From contig JBMFSQ010000017.1 of NCBI GenBank assembly GCA_049967475.1, positions 1 through 64,000 of the forward strand: DNA of 64,000 nucleotides. The letters are read 5' to 3'. Shown in pieces: positions 36,745 to 46,751 of this stretch. How positions within the stretch are numbered: the first letter of the stretch is position 1; each line of letters opens with the position of its first letter. A program made the position numbers and the translations under genes. The stretch is from Chthonomonadales bacterium. Its GTDB lineage: Bacteria; Armatimonadota; Chthonomonadetes; Chthonomonadales; CAJBBX01. Under the pieces are notes generated by a model, which saw nothing but the letters and a program-made list of their open reading frames with translations, was not told the origin of the DNA and did no database searches.

Positions 36745-39339
36745 ATGGATTGGCCATCAGTGGCTTTCGCGGGGCTCACTGCGGTGTTCGCCGTAACGTG
36801 TTCGGTACCCTCTCTGGCACAACATAAGTTCCGGCCGCCCTCGGTTCCCCTCGTGGCGTGCGATCCCTATTTCAGCATCTGGTCTCCGGCAGATCACCTG
36901 TACGACGCGCCGACGGTCCATTGGACCGGCGCGCCTCACACGCTGGCGAGCCTCATCCGCGTAGATGGCACAGCCTATCGCCTCATGGGAACGGCGCCCG
37001 CTGGCATTGCTCCTATGCCTCAAGTAGGCCTTCAGGTGCTGCCGACGCGCTCCATCTACGAGTTCCGCTCGCCCAAGGTGGCCGTGACCCTAACATTCAT
37101 GAATGCAGCGCTCCCGGATGATCTCGATGCCTTGTCTAGGCCGGTAACCTACCTCATATGGAAGGTTCGCTCGGCGGATGGAAGACCGCATGAGGTGTCC
37201 ATCCTTATGGCGGCTTCTTCCGAGTTGGCGGTCAACACCCCCGATCAGCAGGTGGAGTGGGCTGCAGAACATTCTCCCTCCCTTACAGCCTTGCGCGTAG
37301 GCACGGTGGAGCAGCCGATCCTTGAGCGTTCAGGGGACGGGGTGCGCATAGACTGGGGATATGCATACCTCACGGCACCCCAGGCATCCGCATCCACAGT
37401 GGCCCCGCTCGCCGATTGCCTCAACCTCTTCGCAGAGGAAGACCGGTTGCCTCCCTTCGATAACCGGATGCCGAAAGCAGTGCGGGACGGGTTGCCTGCC
37501 CTGGCGGTGGTGATGCGTCCCGGGCGGGTGAGCGTCCGAGGCAAGAGCGTTTTTGCCGTACTTGCCTACGATGACCTCTACTCCATCAATTACTTTGGGA
37601 CCTGGCTGCGAGGATACTGGCGCAGGAACGGACGGGATGCAGCCCAGTTGCTCGAAGCGGCCGTGGCCGATTATCCCAGGCTGGCCCGCCGGTGCACCGC
37701 CTTCGACCGAGATCTCATGGGGGACCTTTCCCGTGTGGGCGGCGCCAAGTACGCCCAGTTGTGCGCCCTGGCATACCGCCAGTGCATCGCCGCATGCAAA
37801 CTCGCTGCCGATCGGTCGGGAATGCCTATGCTCTTCCCAAAAGAGAACACGAGCAACGGGTGCATCAGCACCGTGGATGTCATCTATCCCATGGATCCCA
37901 TCTTCCTGCTGCTGAGCCCCATGTTGGCGAAGGCATCCGTGGCGCCGGTCCTCAATTACACTGCTTCCCCCATGTGGCACTTCCGCTATGCGCCCCATGA
38001 TCTGGGGACTTACCCTCAGGCTACTCGTCAGGTTTATGGCGGCGACGATCCTGCCCACGAGGGCGACCGCATGCCCGTTGAAGAGAGCGGGAACATGATC
38101 CTGCTCCTTGCTGCCATCGCCAAGGTGGAAGGCAGCGCGGAGTTTGCATCCCGCTATTGGCCCCAGGTTACTCAGTGGGCGCACTATCTGGAGGAGAAAG
38201 GCTTCGATCCCGAGAACCAGCTCTGCACCGATGACTTCACCGGCCACCTTGCCCATAACGCGAACCTTTCGGTGAAGGCTATCGAGGCGCTCGGCGCCTA
38301 CGCCCTGTTGTGCTCCATGCGTGGCGAGCGGGAAGAGGCCGGGCATTACCAGTCCCTCGCGCGGCGCATGGCGGCTCAATGGGTGAAGGCCGCCGACGAC
38401 GGCGACCATTTCCGCCTTGCCTTCGACAAACCCGGCACATGGAGCCAGAAGTACAACATGGTTTGGGATACGATCCTGGGCCTCGACCTGTTTGGTCCCC
38501 AGGTGCGCAATAAGGAATTGGCGTTCTATCTCGCTGCGAAGGACCGTTACGGCCTCGCACTGGATAACCGCCAGCCCTACGCAAAGACCGATTGGGCTGT
38601 TTGGACGGCGTCGCTGGCGCCCACACGCAGGCAGTTCCAGGAACTGGTGGACCCGGTTTACGACTTCCTGGATTCTACGCCCGACCGCACCCCCATGACG
38701 GACCTTTACTGGACGAAGACGGGCCGGGAGGTGGGGATGCATGCGCGGCCCGTGGTAGGCGGCGTGTTCATACGGATGCTTTGCAATGAGGAAATTTGGA
38801 AGAAATGGGCATCCCAGGCACCCAACGACCTCAACGCGCGGTGGGCTCCTCTTCCCAAGCCGCCCGCGGAACAGGTGGTCGTGCCCACAGCCGAGAAGGA
38901 TGCGGTCCTCTGGCGGTGTACAACATCCCAGCCGGGCCCGGATTGGATGCAACCCGAGTACCGCGATGCAGGATGGGCTGAAGCGCCGGCTCCCTTCGGA
39001 ACAACCGGCACACCCGGCATCGCTCCCAGAACGGAATGGCATACGGGCGATATATGGCTTCGGCGCATCATCACCATACCTCCGGGCATCTCGCTGAAGC
39101 ACGAGGGATTGCAGCGCGGCCTCATGTTCCGCGCCTATCACGATGAAGACGTGGAGATCTACGTGGATGGCGTGCTGGGCGGCCGCGCTTCGGGCTTCGT
39201 TACCTCCTACGGGCTAATCCCCATCCGGCCGGCTGCCCTCAAACTCCTTACTCCGGGCCCTCATCTGCTGGCAGTTCACTGCCGTCAAACCGAGGGCGGC
39301 CAGGGCGTGGATGTGGGGATCGTGGAAGTGAAGGATTGA
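36745..39339 (+). CDS. GtaA-like (DUF4965/DUF5127/DUF1793) six-hairpin glycosidase-fold protein with C-terminal jelly-roll
   Basis: PSVPL..DPYFSIWS, KENTSNG..TVDVIYP, APHDLGTYP, MPVEESGNM, QLCTDDF and WSQKYN motifs. Confidence 0.88.
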   Translation: MDWPSVAFAGLTAVFAVTCSVPSLAQHKFRPPSVPLVACDPYFSIWSPADHLYDAPTVHWTGAPHTLASLIRVDGTAYRLMGTAPAGIAPMPQVGLQVLPTRSIYEFRSPKVAVTLTFMNAALPDDLDALSRPVTYLIWKVRSADGRPHEVSILMAASSELAVNTPDQQVEWAAEHSPSLTALRVGTVEQPILERSGDGVRIDWGYAYLTAPQASASTVAPLADCLNLFAEEDRLPPFDNRMPKAVRDGLPALAVVMRPGRVSVRGKSVFAVLAYDDLYSINYFGTWLRGYWRRNGRDAAQLLEAAVADYPRLARRCTAFDRDLMGDLSRVGGAKYAQLCALAYRQCIAACKLAADRSGMPMLFPKENTSNGCISTVDVIYPMDPIFLLLSPMLAKASVAPVLNYTASPMWHFRYAPHDLGTYPQATRQVYGGDDPAHEGDRMPVEESGNMILLLAAIAKVEGSAEFASRYWPQVTQWAHYLEEKGFDPENQLCTDDFTGHLAHNANLSVKAIEALGAYALLCSMRGEREEAGHYQSLARRMAAQWVKAADDGDHFRLAFDKPGTWSQKYNMVWDTILGLDLFGPQVRNKELAFYLAAKDRYGLALDNRQPYAKTDWAVWTASLAPTRRQFQELVDPVYDFLDSTPDRTPMTDLYWTKTGREVGMHARPVVGGVFIRMLCNEEIWKKWASQAPNDLNARWAPLPKPPAEQVVVPTAEKDAVLWRCTTSQPGPDWMQPEYRDAGWAEAPAPFGTTGTPGIAPRTEWHTGDIWLRRIITIPPGISLKHEGLQRGLMFRAYHDEDVEIYVDGVLGGRASGFVTSYGLIPIRPAALKLLTPGPHLLAVHCRQTEGGQGVDVGIVEVKD

Positions 39340-39367
39340 CGTCCCTAACGATGAAGGGTGTACGCCT

Positions 39368-40132
39368 GTGTTGGTATTGGCGGCTTTCTTGGTGACGTTG
39401 CCTCATAAGTCGAGTGTGCCTGGCGCGTCCCCTGTGGACCTGGGGCCCCGGATGAGGCAGCGCGGGCTTTCGCCCCGCAGCCAAGGGAGCCGGGGTACCT
39501 GCTCTGTCTTTGCTGTGACGGCTGCCCTGGAATACGCCATGGCGGTGGCGGCCGAAAAGTGCGAAGCTTTGAGCGTGGAATACCTCAACTGGGCCGCGCA
39601 CCAAGCGGCTGGTCGCTCGGCAGACGGCGGCTTCTTCCATGAGATTTGCAAAGGGTTCCAAACCTATGGCGTATGTCCGGAGGTTCTCATGCCGTACCAG
39701 CCGCAGTACACACGTCCCGAGCCTTCCCAATCAGCGCGCGATGCTGCGGCCGGTACCCGACGCCTCCCCTTACGAATCGTGTGGATCAAGGCATGGGATG
39801 TCGCAACGGGCCTCACTGGGCAGCAGCTTGAGCGCATTTGCAATGTGCTGGCATCCGGAAAGCCGGTGTTCTGCGGTTTGCGTTGGCCTAAGCGCGAGCA
39901 ATGGAACGCGAAGGTGCTTCAAATGTGCGCGCCCTCCGAAGTTTTCGACGGGCACAGCGTTTTGCTGGTGGGCTTCGTGCAGGATGAGGCGCTGCCCGGG
40001 GGCGGGGGCTTCCTCATTTGGAACTCCGGAGGAACGCAACGCGAAGGCATCCTCCCGTTCGCCTTCGTTGAGGCGTACGGCAACGATGCCGCCTATATCC
40101 GGGGCTCGTCCCGCCCAAAGACGCAGCCATGA
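39368..40132 (+). CDS. Papain-like C1 family cysteine peptidase
   Basis: QGSRGTCSVFA (Gln/Cys), GHSVLLVG (His) and WNS (Asn). Confidence 0.85.
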   Translation: MLVLAAFLVTLPHKSSVPGASPVDLGPRMRQRGLSPRSQGSRGTCSVFAVTAALEYAMAVAAEKCEALSVEYLNWAAHQAAGRSADGGFFHEICKGFQTYGVCPEVLMPYQPQYTRPEPSQSARDAAAGTRRLPLRIVWIKAWDVATGLTGQQLERICNVLASGKPVFCGLRWPKREQWNAKVLQMCAPSEVFDGHSVLLVGFVQDEALPGGGGFLIWNSGGTQREGILPFAFVEAYGNDAAYIRGSSRPKTQP

Positions 40133-41007
40133 ACTTCGAAGCTGCCGGCCTCCATGCTCTAGCCCAGATGCTTCCCGGGCGGTCGCGGCGCATCTCCAGC
40201 AACGAACAGCCCAACTGGCACGACGGCAACTTCGACATGACGCGCCTCGAGCCCGGCGAAGTGCTCAGGATGCCGCGCCTCGAAGGCCCGGGCTTCATCC
40301 ACCACATATGGATGACCAGTCACTCCGGCACGATGGACGAGCTGGATGGGCTCACCTTGCGCATCTGGTGGGATGACCGCATCCGGCCGGGGGTGGAAGT
40401 ACCCTTGGGCCATTTTTCTGCCACAGGCAGCAGACCCGCCGTAGTGGAGAGCATCCCAGTACAAGTGTCCGCCAGCGGCAGCCTCACCTGCTATTGGCGC
40501 ATGCCGTCCCTCCACGCCGCCCGCATCGAAGTGGCCAACGAGAACCCTTTCCGTTCCACCGGCCTGTACTGGCAGGTAGATTGGGTGCAACTGGAGTGCC
40601 TTCCCGCAGCCGATGTGCGCCTTGGCGAAGTAAGGCTTTCCGCCGCTGAACATATGCTTGCGCTCCGGTATTCCGGGCCCTCGAATAAGGGGGTACACCT
40701 GTTTGTAGAGCGCCTTCGCGTGCTTCACCTGCCTCCGGAGGTGGATCGGCCGGCGCGCACCCACAACGAAGCCCATTTCATCCGGCTGGGCGTGGGCAGG
40801 GCAGTATATGCCTTCCGTCTTGCCCACCACCGTTTGCCCCACTCCCTCGAGGAGCTTGCGGCTTCCGGCATCATGAGCCCTCGCTATCTTCGGGATGAGA
40901 ACCTAATCCCCTTGGCCTCGCGGTGTGAACCAGATGCTTTCGTCGTATGGAGTACGGCGCCTTCCGGTTGGGAAGCGCGCTTCAGGGGACTGGACGCCCG
41001 GCGCTGA
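40129..41007 (+). pseudogene. DUF2961 (GH172-like) protein, apparently internally deleted; possible pseudogene
   Basis: GPGFIHHIWMT, LRIWWD..VEVPLG, CYWRMP and YWQVDW are present, but the second half of the domain is missing. The reading frame is intact. Confidence 0.5.
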
Positions 41008-41050
41008 AGACGGCTGGGAGGTAAAAAGGTTGGATCAGGAGGGGACCACT

Positions 41051-41839
41051 ATGGCACAACGTATGACACGCAGGACCCTGGGAAGATGCGCCGCTGCGGT
41101 TCTGGCGGGGGCAGCAGTAGGAGCACTGGACGGGCGCACCTGGGGCCAGGGGTGGCGGAAGCGCGGTTGGAAACTTACGTTCCACGACGAATTCAACGGC
41201 GATCACCTGGACACGTCGAAGTGGATCGACTCCTACCCCGACGGAGTACGCACCCATAGCAACAACGAGCAGCAATACTACGCGCCCGACGGATATGAAG
41301 TGCGCGGAGGGCTTCTGCGCCTTCGGGCAGAGAAGCGCTCCATGGGCGGAATGCCGTATACATCCGGCATCGTAACCACTTACGGGAAGTTTTCTCAGAT
41401 GTACGGCTGGTTCGAGATCCGCGCACGATTTCCCAAAGGGAAGGGCTTTTGGCCGGCATTCTGGCTCCTGCCGGCGGACAAACGGTGGCCGCCGGAGATA
41501 GACGTGCTGGAGATATTGGGACACGAACCGAACAAGGTGTACATGACGAACCACTGGCGAGATGCCCAGGGCCGCCACCTCAGCAATGGAGGAGCTTGGG
41601 TAGGACCGGACTTCTCCCAAGACTTCCACACGTTCGCAGTGGATTGGAGCCCAGACACCATCGTTTGGTACGTAGATGGCGTGGAGCGCTTCCGGTCTTC
41701 TAGAGGCGTGCCGGCGATGCCCATGTACGTGCTGGTAAACCTGGCCGTCGGCGGGGATTGGCCCGGAAACCCTGATGCCTCCACTCCCTTCCCCTCCACG
41801 ATGGATGTAGATTACGTCCGCGTGTATCGTCGTGCCTGA
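41051..41839 (+). CDS. Glycoside hydrolase family 16 (laminarinase-like), Tat substrate
   Basis: WPAFWLL, catalytic EIDVLE, NLAVGGDWPG and DYVRVY motifs; MTRRTL twin-arginine signal. Confidence 0.93.
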   Translation: MAQRMTRRTLGRCAAAVLAGAAVGALDGRTWGQGWRKRGWKLTFHDEFNGDHLDTSKWIDSYPDGVRTHSNNEQQYYAPDGYEVRGGLLRLRAEKRSMGGMPYTSGIVTTYGKFSQMYGWFEIRARFPKGKGFWPAFWLLPADKRWPPEIDVLEILGHEPNKVYMTNHWRDAQGRHLSNGGAWVGPDFSQDFHTFAVDWSPDTIVWYVDGVERFRSSRGVPAMPMYVLVNLAVGGDWPGNPDASTPFPSTMDVDYVRVYRRA

Positions 41840-41854
41840 TGGGAGGTTCTGCTG

Positions 41855-42841
41855 ATGCGAACCCGTACCCTTGGGAAGACCGGTAGCCGCGTGAGCGAGC
41901 TGGGGCTGGGCGGATTGTTCGTGTCTTCGGTGGGAGGTTCCTACGATCAGAGCAGGAGCGCTATCCGGCGCGCTTTGGAGTTGGGCGTCAACTATATAGA
42001 CACGGCGCCCACCTATGCCGATAGCGAAAGCGTTATCGGCCGAGCGCTCGAGGGCTATGGCGGGCCCCTAATCCTCTCCACCAAACTCGGAGGCAGGCCG
42101 CAGCCCTTCGATGCACGCAATCGCGACCATCTCTTTGCCTCCGTTGAAGAGAGCTTACGCCTCCTGAAGCGCGATCACGTGGATATTCTCTTCATTCATG
42201 AACCCGACCGGCCGGGTCAATATGACTGGTGGTCCGACCCGGTGAACTATACCGGTCCCGTTTGCGATGTTTTGGACGAGCTGAAGGAGCAAGGCGTCAT
42301 CCGCTTCACGGGATTGGGCGGCACAACCGCCTATCTCATGGCGCGCATCGTTCGCACCGGCCGTTTCGACGTGCTGCTCACCGCGTTCAATTACAGCCTC
42401 CTCTGGCGCGAGGCCGAGATCGAGGTGCTGCCGGCCGCAATGGAGCAGGGGATGGGCATTGTCATCGGTTCGCCGCTGCAACAGGGGGCCTTGGCGCGGC
42501 GCTACGACGACGAGGTCGCACGCGGCGCACCCTGGTTGAGCCTGCCGAGGCGCAAACAGCTCCTCGAGCTCTACGCCCTGCTGGACGACACCGGCCTCTC
42601 TATAACCGAAATGGCCCTGCGCTTCGTGCTCTCCAACGATGCAGTGGCCTGTACGCTCATGGGGGCCAGAAGTGCAACGGAAGTGGAACGCAACGTGGAA
42701 GCCGCCGAAAAGGGGCCGCTGCCACCGGAAATCTTGGCGCGCCTCGATGAGATTGCTGCGCAGGTGCCCTTCCGACCCTTCGATGAACCCGCCGGGCTCC
42801 CGTTGGGGCGCCCCTATGCGGGACCAGGAATGATGCACTAG
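41855..42841 (+). CDS. Aldo/keto reductase
   Basis: LGKTG..VSELGLG, GVNYIDTAPTY, STK and SLRLL..D.VDILFIH motifs. Confidence 0.93.
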   Translation: MRTRTLGKTGSRVSELGLGGLFVSSVGGSYDQSRSAIRRALELGVNYIDTAPTYADSESVIGRALEGYGGPLILSTKLGGRPQPFDARNRDHLFASVEESLRLLKRDHVDILFIHEPDRPGQYDWWSDPVNYTGPVCDVLDELKEQGVIRFTGLGGTTAYLMARIVRTGRFDVLLTAFNYSLLWREAEIEVLPAAMEQGMGIVIGSPLQQGALARRYDDEVARGAPWLSLPRRKQLLELYALLDDTGLSITEMALRFVLSNDAVACTLMGARSATEVERNVEAAEKGPLPPEILARLDEIAAQVPFRPFDEPAGLPLGRPYAGPGMMH

Positions 42842-42990
42842 CCCAAGGCAGTGCGGCAACTTGGCCGCGATCTTCAACGTCTTAAATAGCGGCAGATCCC
42901 GTTAGGGACGGTACAATCTTTGATCGGATGCTGCTACAGCCTGGCTGCCGGGCTGTAAAACCATCATTGCAAGCTGTAGAGGAGACGGAA

Positions 42991-43704
42991 TTGGACGTAC
43001 GCATCACTTCCCGCGGATATCGCCGGGTGTTTGTTGCAGGTGTCGTGGCGTTCTTGGCTGGAGCACTCCTAACCGCACGGTGCACGGCCCAGACGCCGGC
43101 GCAAGATTTGGTGCCTATCCCTCTGAAGCTCCCGAAACCCGTTTTTGCCGGGACGCCGAAGGACATTCCTTTAGGGAGCACCGTAGAACGGGGCACTGGA
43201 AAGCCCAGGCCTATCCCGTTGGCTCCCAAGGGCACCGTGAACCTGGCGCTGCACAAAAAGGTCACGAGCAGCGCGCCTCCGTTCAACGGATCTCTTGATC
43301 TGGTGACCGATGGAAACAAGGAAGCCAGGGAAGACACCTGTGTGGAGCTCAAACCTCGGCTCCAGTGGATCCAGATTGATCTGGGAGCGGCGCATCCCCT
43401 CTACTATATCGTCGTGTGGCATTGCCACCTTGAGCCGATGATCTATCACGATGTCATCGTGCAGGTGTCCAACGACCCCAATTTCGTGGAGGGCGTCACC
43501 ACCCTCTTCAACAACGACCAAGACAACTCTGCGGGACTGGGCATCGGCAAGGATCGCGAATACTTTGAGACGTACGAGGGCAAGCTCATAGACGCCAAGG
43601 GCATCAAGGCGCGCTATGTTCGCCTCTACAGTCGGGGGAGCACCTACAGGGATCCGCTCAACCGCTATACCGAGGTGGAGGTGTACGGCCTGCCCACACA
43701 ATGA
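42991..43704 (+). CDS. Exported discoidin/F5-8-type-C-like (galactose-binding fold) protein
   Basis: Signal peptide; NLALHKKVTSS, VTDG, QWIQIDLG, ARYVRLYS and EVEVYG motifs. TTG start with GAGGAG RBS. Confidence 0.75.
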   Translation: MDVRITSRGYRRVFVAGVVAFLAGALLTARCTAQTPAQDLVPIPLKLPKPVFAGTPKDIPLGSTVERGTGKPRPIPLAPKGTVNLALHKKVTSSAPPFNGSLDLVTDGNKEAREDTCVELKPRLQWIQIDLGAAHPLYYIVVWHCHLEPMIYHDVIVQVSNDPNFVEGVTTLFNNDQDNSAGLGIGKDREYFETYEGKLIDAKGIKARYVRLYSRGSTYRDPLNRYTEVEVYGLPTQ

Positions 43705-45287
43705 GGCGCACCACCTCCCTCTCTTTCGCCGCGCTCATCCTCCTGGTGACGGCAGGCGCCCTGGCGCTGCGCCTGCCGTCCTTGGATGCCCGGCCGGTGC
43801 ACGCAGATGAGTCCGTGCACATGGTGAAGTTCCACGAGTTGTGGAAGCACGGAACGTATCGGTACGATCCAAACGAATTCCACGGACCGACGCTCTACTA
43901 TTCCACTCTTCCCGTTGTGTGGGCAATGGGCCGGGCCCACTTTGCCGATACGACAGAAGGGGATTATCGCCTGGTGACGGTGCTGTTCGGAGCCGGCATG
44001 ATCCTCCTTCTGCCTCTTTTCGCAGACGGCCTCGGGCGCCGCAGCGTGGTTTGGGCAGGAATTCTCATCGCAACATCCCCGGCCATGGTCTTCTACAGCC
44101 GCTACTACATCCAGGAGGCGCTGTTGGCCTTCTTCACCGTTGCGTGCATCGCATGTGCGTGGCGGTATGTGCGATCCGGCCGGTGGCCATGGGCAGCAGG
44201 TGCTTCAGCGAGCGCGGGCCTCATGGCTGCAACTAAGGAGACAGCCGTCCTTTCATTCTTGGCCGGTGGGGCTGCTCTGCTCCTTCTGAACGTGAGGGCA
44301 CGTGGGAAGGTAGGCCGGCCGGACGCGGAACCATCGGTTTTTTATCACCTCTCCTGGCGGGGATGGATCGCCGTTGCGGCAGGTGCAGTGGCGGTGGCGG
44401 AATTGTTCCTTACGGGTTTCTTTACGAACCCGCGTGGGATAACGGATAGCATCCGGGCCTACATTCCCTGGGTCACCCGCGCAGGAGAAACCGGCCTGCA
44501 CCGCCACCCATTCCTTTACTATCTCTCCATCTTGGGGTATTCCCACTATCCCCGTGCGCCGATCTTCAGTGAGGCCGTAATCATCCTGCTCGCCTTGGCA
44601 GGCGGAATAGCGGCGTTCCGAATGAAGGAGCCGGGGCGCCGATTAGCGCTCTTCCTGGCTCTGTATACCCTGTTCGTCACGCTCATCTACAGCGCCATCC
44701 CCTACAAGACGCCCTGGTGCGTCCTCGACATTCTGGTGGGTATGGCGTTGCTGGGCGGATTGGGTGCCGATGCTTTCCTACGATGCATCCCCGGCATTGC
44801 AGGGAAGGGGGTTTCATGGGTGCTCCTTGGAGCCGGCATCGTGTGGCTGGCTCGACAGGCCTATCTCGCCTCTGTGGTCTATTCTACGGCGGCCGGCAAT
44901 CCCTATGCCTACGCGCAAACGGTTCCGGATGCAGTGCGATTGGGCCGGCGCATCGTAGAATTGGCCGCTGCGGGTCCGAACGGAGCGCGAACGCCCGTGT
45001 ACGTCGTGTCCACGGATGCTTACTATTGGCCGCTTCCATGGTACCTGCGAGCGCTGAAAAGCGTAGGATACTGGACGCAACTCCCCGCAGGGCCCATGCC
45101 GCCCATTGTGGTGGCTTCTGCAGATCTCGATGAAGCCCTCGCTCCGCGGCTGAATGATGCCTACCTCATGACCGGCTATTACGGTCTGCGCCCTGGTGCG
45201 CTTTATGAGGTTTGGGTACGGATGGACCTTTGGAAGGAGTATTTGGAAATGCGTAAGCGATTGGGGCGGCCCCCTGGTGATGATTGA
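43701..45287 (+). CDS. TIGR03663/Agl23-like GT-C (PMT-like) membrane protein
   Basis: RPVHADE, YRYDP..HGPTLYY, SPAMVFYSRYY, ATKE, YKTPW and WPLPWYLR motifs; many TM helices; ATGA overlap with the upstream gene. Confidence 0.8.
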   Translation: MRRTTSLSFAALILLVTAGALALRLPSLDARPVHADESVHMVKFHELWKHGTYRYDPNEFHGPTLYYSTLPVVWAMGRAHFADTTEGDYRLVTVLFGAGMILLLPLFADGLGRRSVVWAGILIATSPAMVFYSRYYIQEALLAFFTVACIACAWRYVRSGRWPWAAGASASAGLMAATKETAVLSFLAGGAALLLLNVRARGKVGRPDAEPSVFYHLSWRGWIAVAAGAVAVAELFLTGFFTNPRGITDSIRAYIPWVTRAGETGLHRHPFLYYLSILGYSHYPRAPIFSEAVIILLALAGGIAAFRMKEPGRRLALFLALYTLFVTLIYSAIPYKTPWCVLDILVGMALLGGLGADAFLRCIPGIAGKGVSWVLLGAGIVWLARQAYLASVVYSTAAGNPYAYAQTVPDAVRLGRRIVELAAAGPNGARTPVYVVSTDAYYWPLPWYLRALKSVGYWTQLPAGPMPPIVVASADLDEALAPRLNDAYLMTGYYGLRPGALYEVWVRMDLWKEYLEMRKRLGRPPGDD

Positions 45288-45394
45288 CGAAGCCAGGATG
45301 CGGCCGGAGGTTTCGCGGATTCGTGTGGAGAAACATCTGATTGCCGGGATCTAAGTGACCCGGGCATCGGTCAGAGAACGGAGGAGGATGCAAG

Positions 45395-46699
45395 ATGCCT
45401 GACATCGCCAGAATGAGCCGGCGTGCCTTCATCCGGAGTGCTTTGAGCACAGGGGCCGGCATCGCGGCAGCCCAAATCATCCCGGCTTCCGCCTTGGGAT
45501 TGGGACGGCGGCCGGCGCCCAGTAACCGCATCGTTATGGGCTGCATCGGCGTGGGAGGTCAAGGTACGGGCAACATGAACGTGTTCCTTGGCCAGCCCGA
45601 TGTGCAGGTTGTGGCCGTATGCGACGTAGACCGCAACCACCTCAACAATGCAAAGAGCATCGTGGATCGCCACTACGGAAACACGGACTGCGCGGCATAC
45701 ACAGATTTTCGGGAGCTGCTCGCCCGCAAGGACCTCGACGCGATCTCGCTGGCTACTCCGGATCACTGGCATGCCATTCCAGCCATCATGGCTATGAATG
45801 CAGGAATGGACATCTATGGAGAGAAGCCCATCTCCCACTGCCTTAGGGAGGGCCGGGCCATGGCGAATGCACAGAAGTTGAATGGGCGCATCTGGCAGAC
45901 GGGAAGCTGGCAGAGATCCCAAGCGCATTTCCGATTTGCTTGCGAGCTCGTGCGCAACGGTCGCATCGGGAAGGTAGTCAAGATTGAAGTGGGCCTTCCC
46001 ACCGGATCTCCATGCGGCCCGGTGCAATTTAAGGATCCGCCGCCCGAGCTGGATTACGACTTTTGGATTGGGCCGTCACGATGGGCGCCTTATTGTGACC
46101 TGCGCACTCACTGGAATTGGCGCTGGCAACTGGACTATGGGGGCGGGCAGCTTATGGACTGGATCGGCCACCATGCGGACATCGCCAACTGGGGTATGGG
46201 CTGGGATGACACGGGTCCGATCCAGGTGGAGGGAAGCGGAAACTACCCCGATCAGGGCATATGGGATGCGGCCACCACTTACTATTTCGTGGCGACGTAT
46301 CGCGGAGGCGTGGAGATGCACGTTGCCAACGGAGGTAACCGAGGCATCCGCGGGGGAACACGCTGGATCGGCGAAAACGGCGACTGGGTTTGGGTGGACC
46401 GCGGCGGCATTGACGCTTCTCCCAAGAAGCTTCTACAGGAGCACATCGGTCCCGACGAGATCCAGCTCTTCCGCAGCCCAGGCCACCATCGGGAGTTCCT
46501 GGACTGTGTCAAGACGCGCCGCTCCACCATTACTCCCGCCGAAACCGCCCATCGGGCAGCGTCTATAGGGCACCTGGGCCAAATCGCCATGCTCCTGGGC
46601 CGCCGTATCCGATGGAACCCGGACACGGAAGAGATAATCGGCGATCCTACAGCATCCAGGATGCTCTCTACTCCCATGCGCTCGCCATGGCACCTGTAG
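45395..46699 (+). CDS. Gfo/Idh/MocA family oxidoreductase, Tat substrate
   Basis: SRRAFI signal; IGVGGQG, ATPDHWH, EKP, QTGSWQRS and DWIGHHAD motifs. Confidence 0.93.
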   Translation: MPDIARMSRRAFIRSALSTGAGIAAAQIIPASALGLGRRPAPSNRIVMGCIGVGGQGTGNMNVFLGQPDVQVVAVCDVDRNHLNNAKSIVDRHYGNTDCAAYTDFRELLARKDLDAISLATPDHWHAIPAIMAMNAGMDIYGEKPISHCLREGRAMANAQKLNGRIWQTGSWQRSQAHFRFACELVRNGRIGKVVKIEVGLPTGSPCGPVQFKDPPPELDYDFWIGPSRWAPYCDLRTHWNWRWQLDYGGGQLMDWIGHHADIANWGMGWDDTGPIQVEGSGNYPDQGIWDAATTYYFVATYRGGVEMHVANGGNRGIRGGTRWIGENGDWVWVDRGGIDASPKKLLQEHIGPDEIQLFRSPGHHREFLDCVKTRRSTITPAETAHRAASIGHLGQIAMLLGRRIRWNPDTEEIIGDPTASRMLSTPMRSPWHL

Positions 46700-46751
46700 C
46701 GCACGCTGCAGCCCATGAACCCGTTGCACCAGGTCGAAAGGATGGTTTGCG

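Noticed and set aside
37330..39141. 603-aa minus-strand ORF antisense to the GtaA-like gene
   Set aside because: Shadow ORF typical of high-GC coding regions; no protein-family features.
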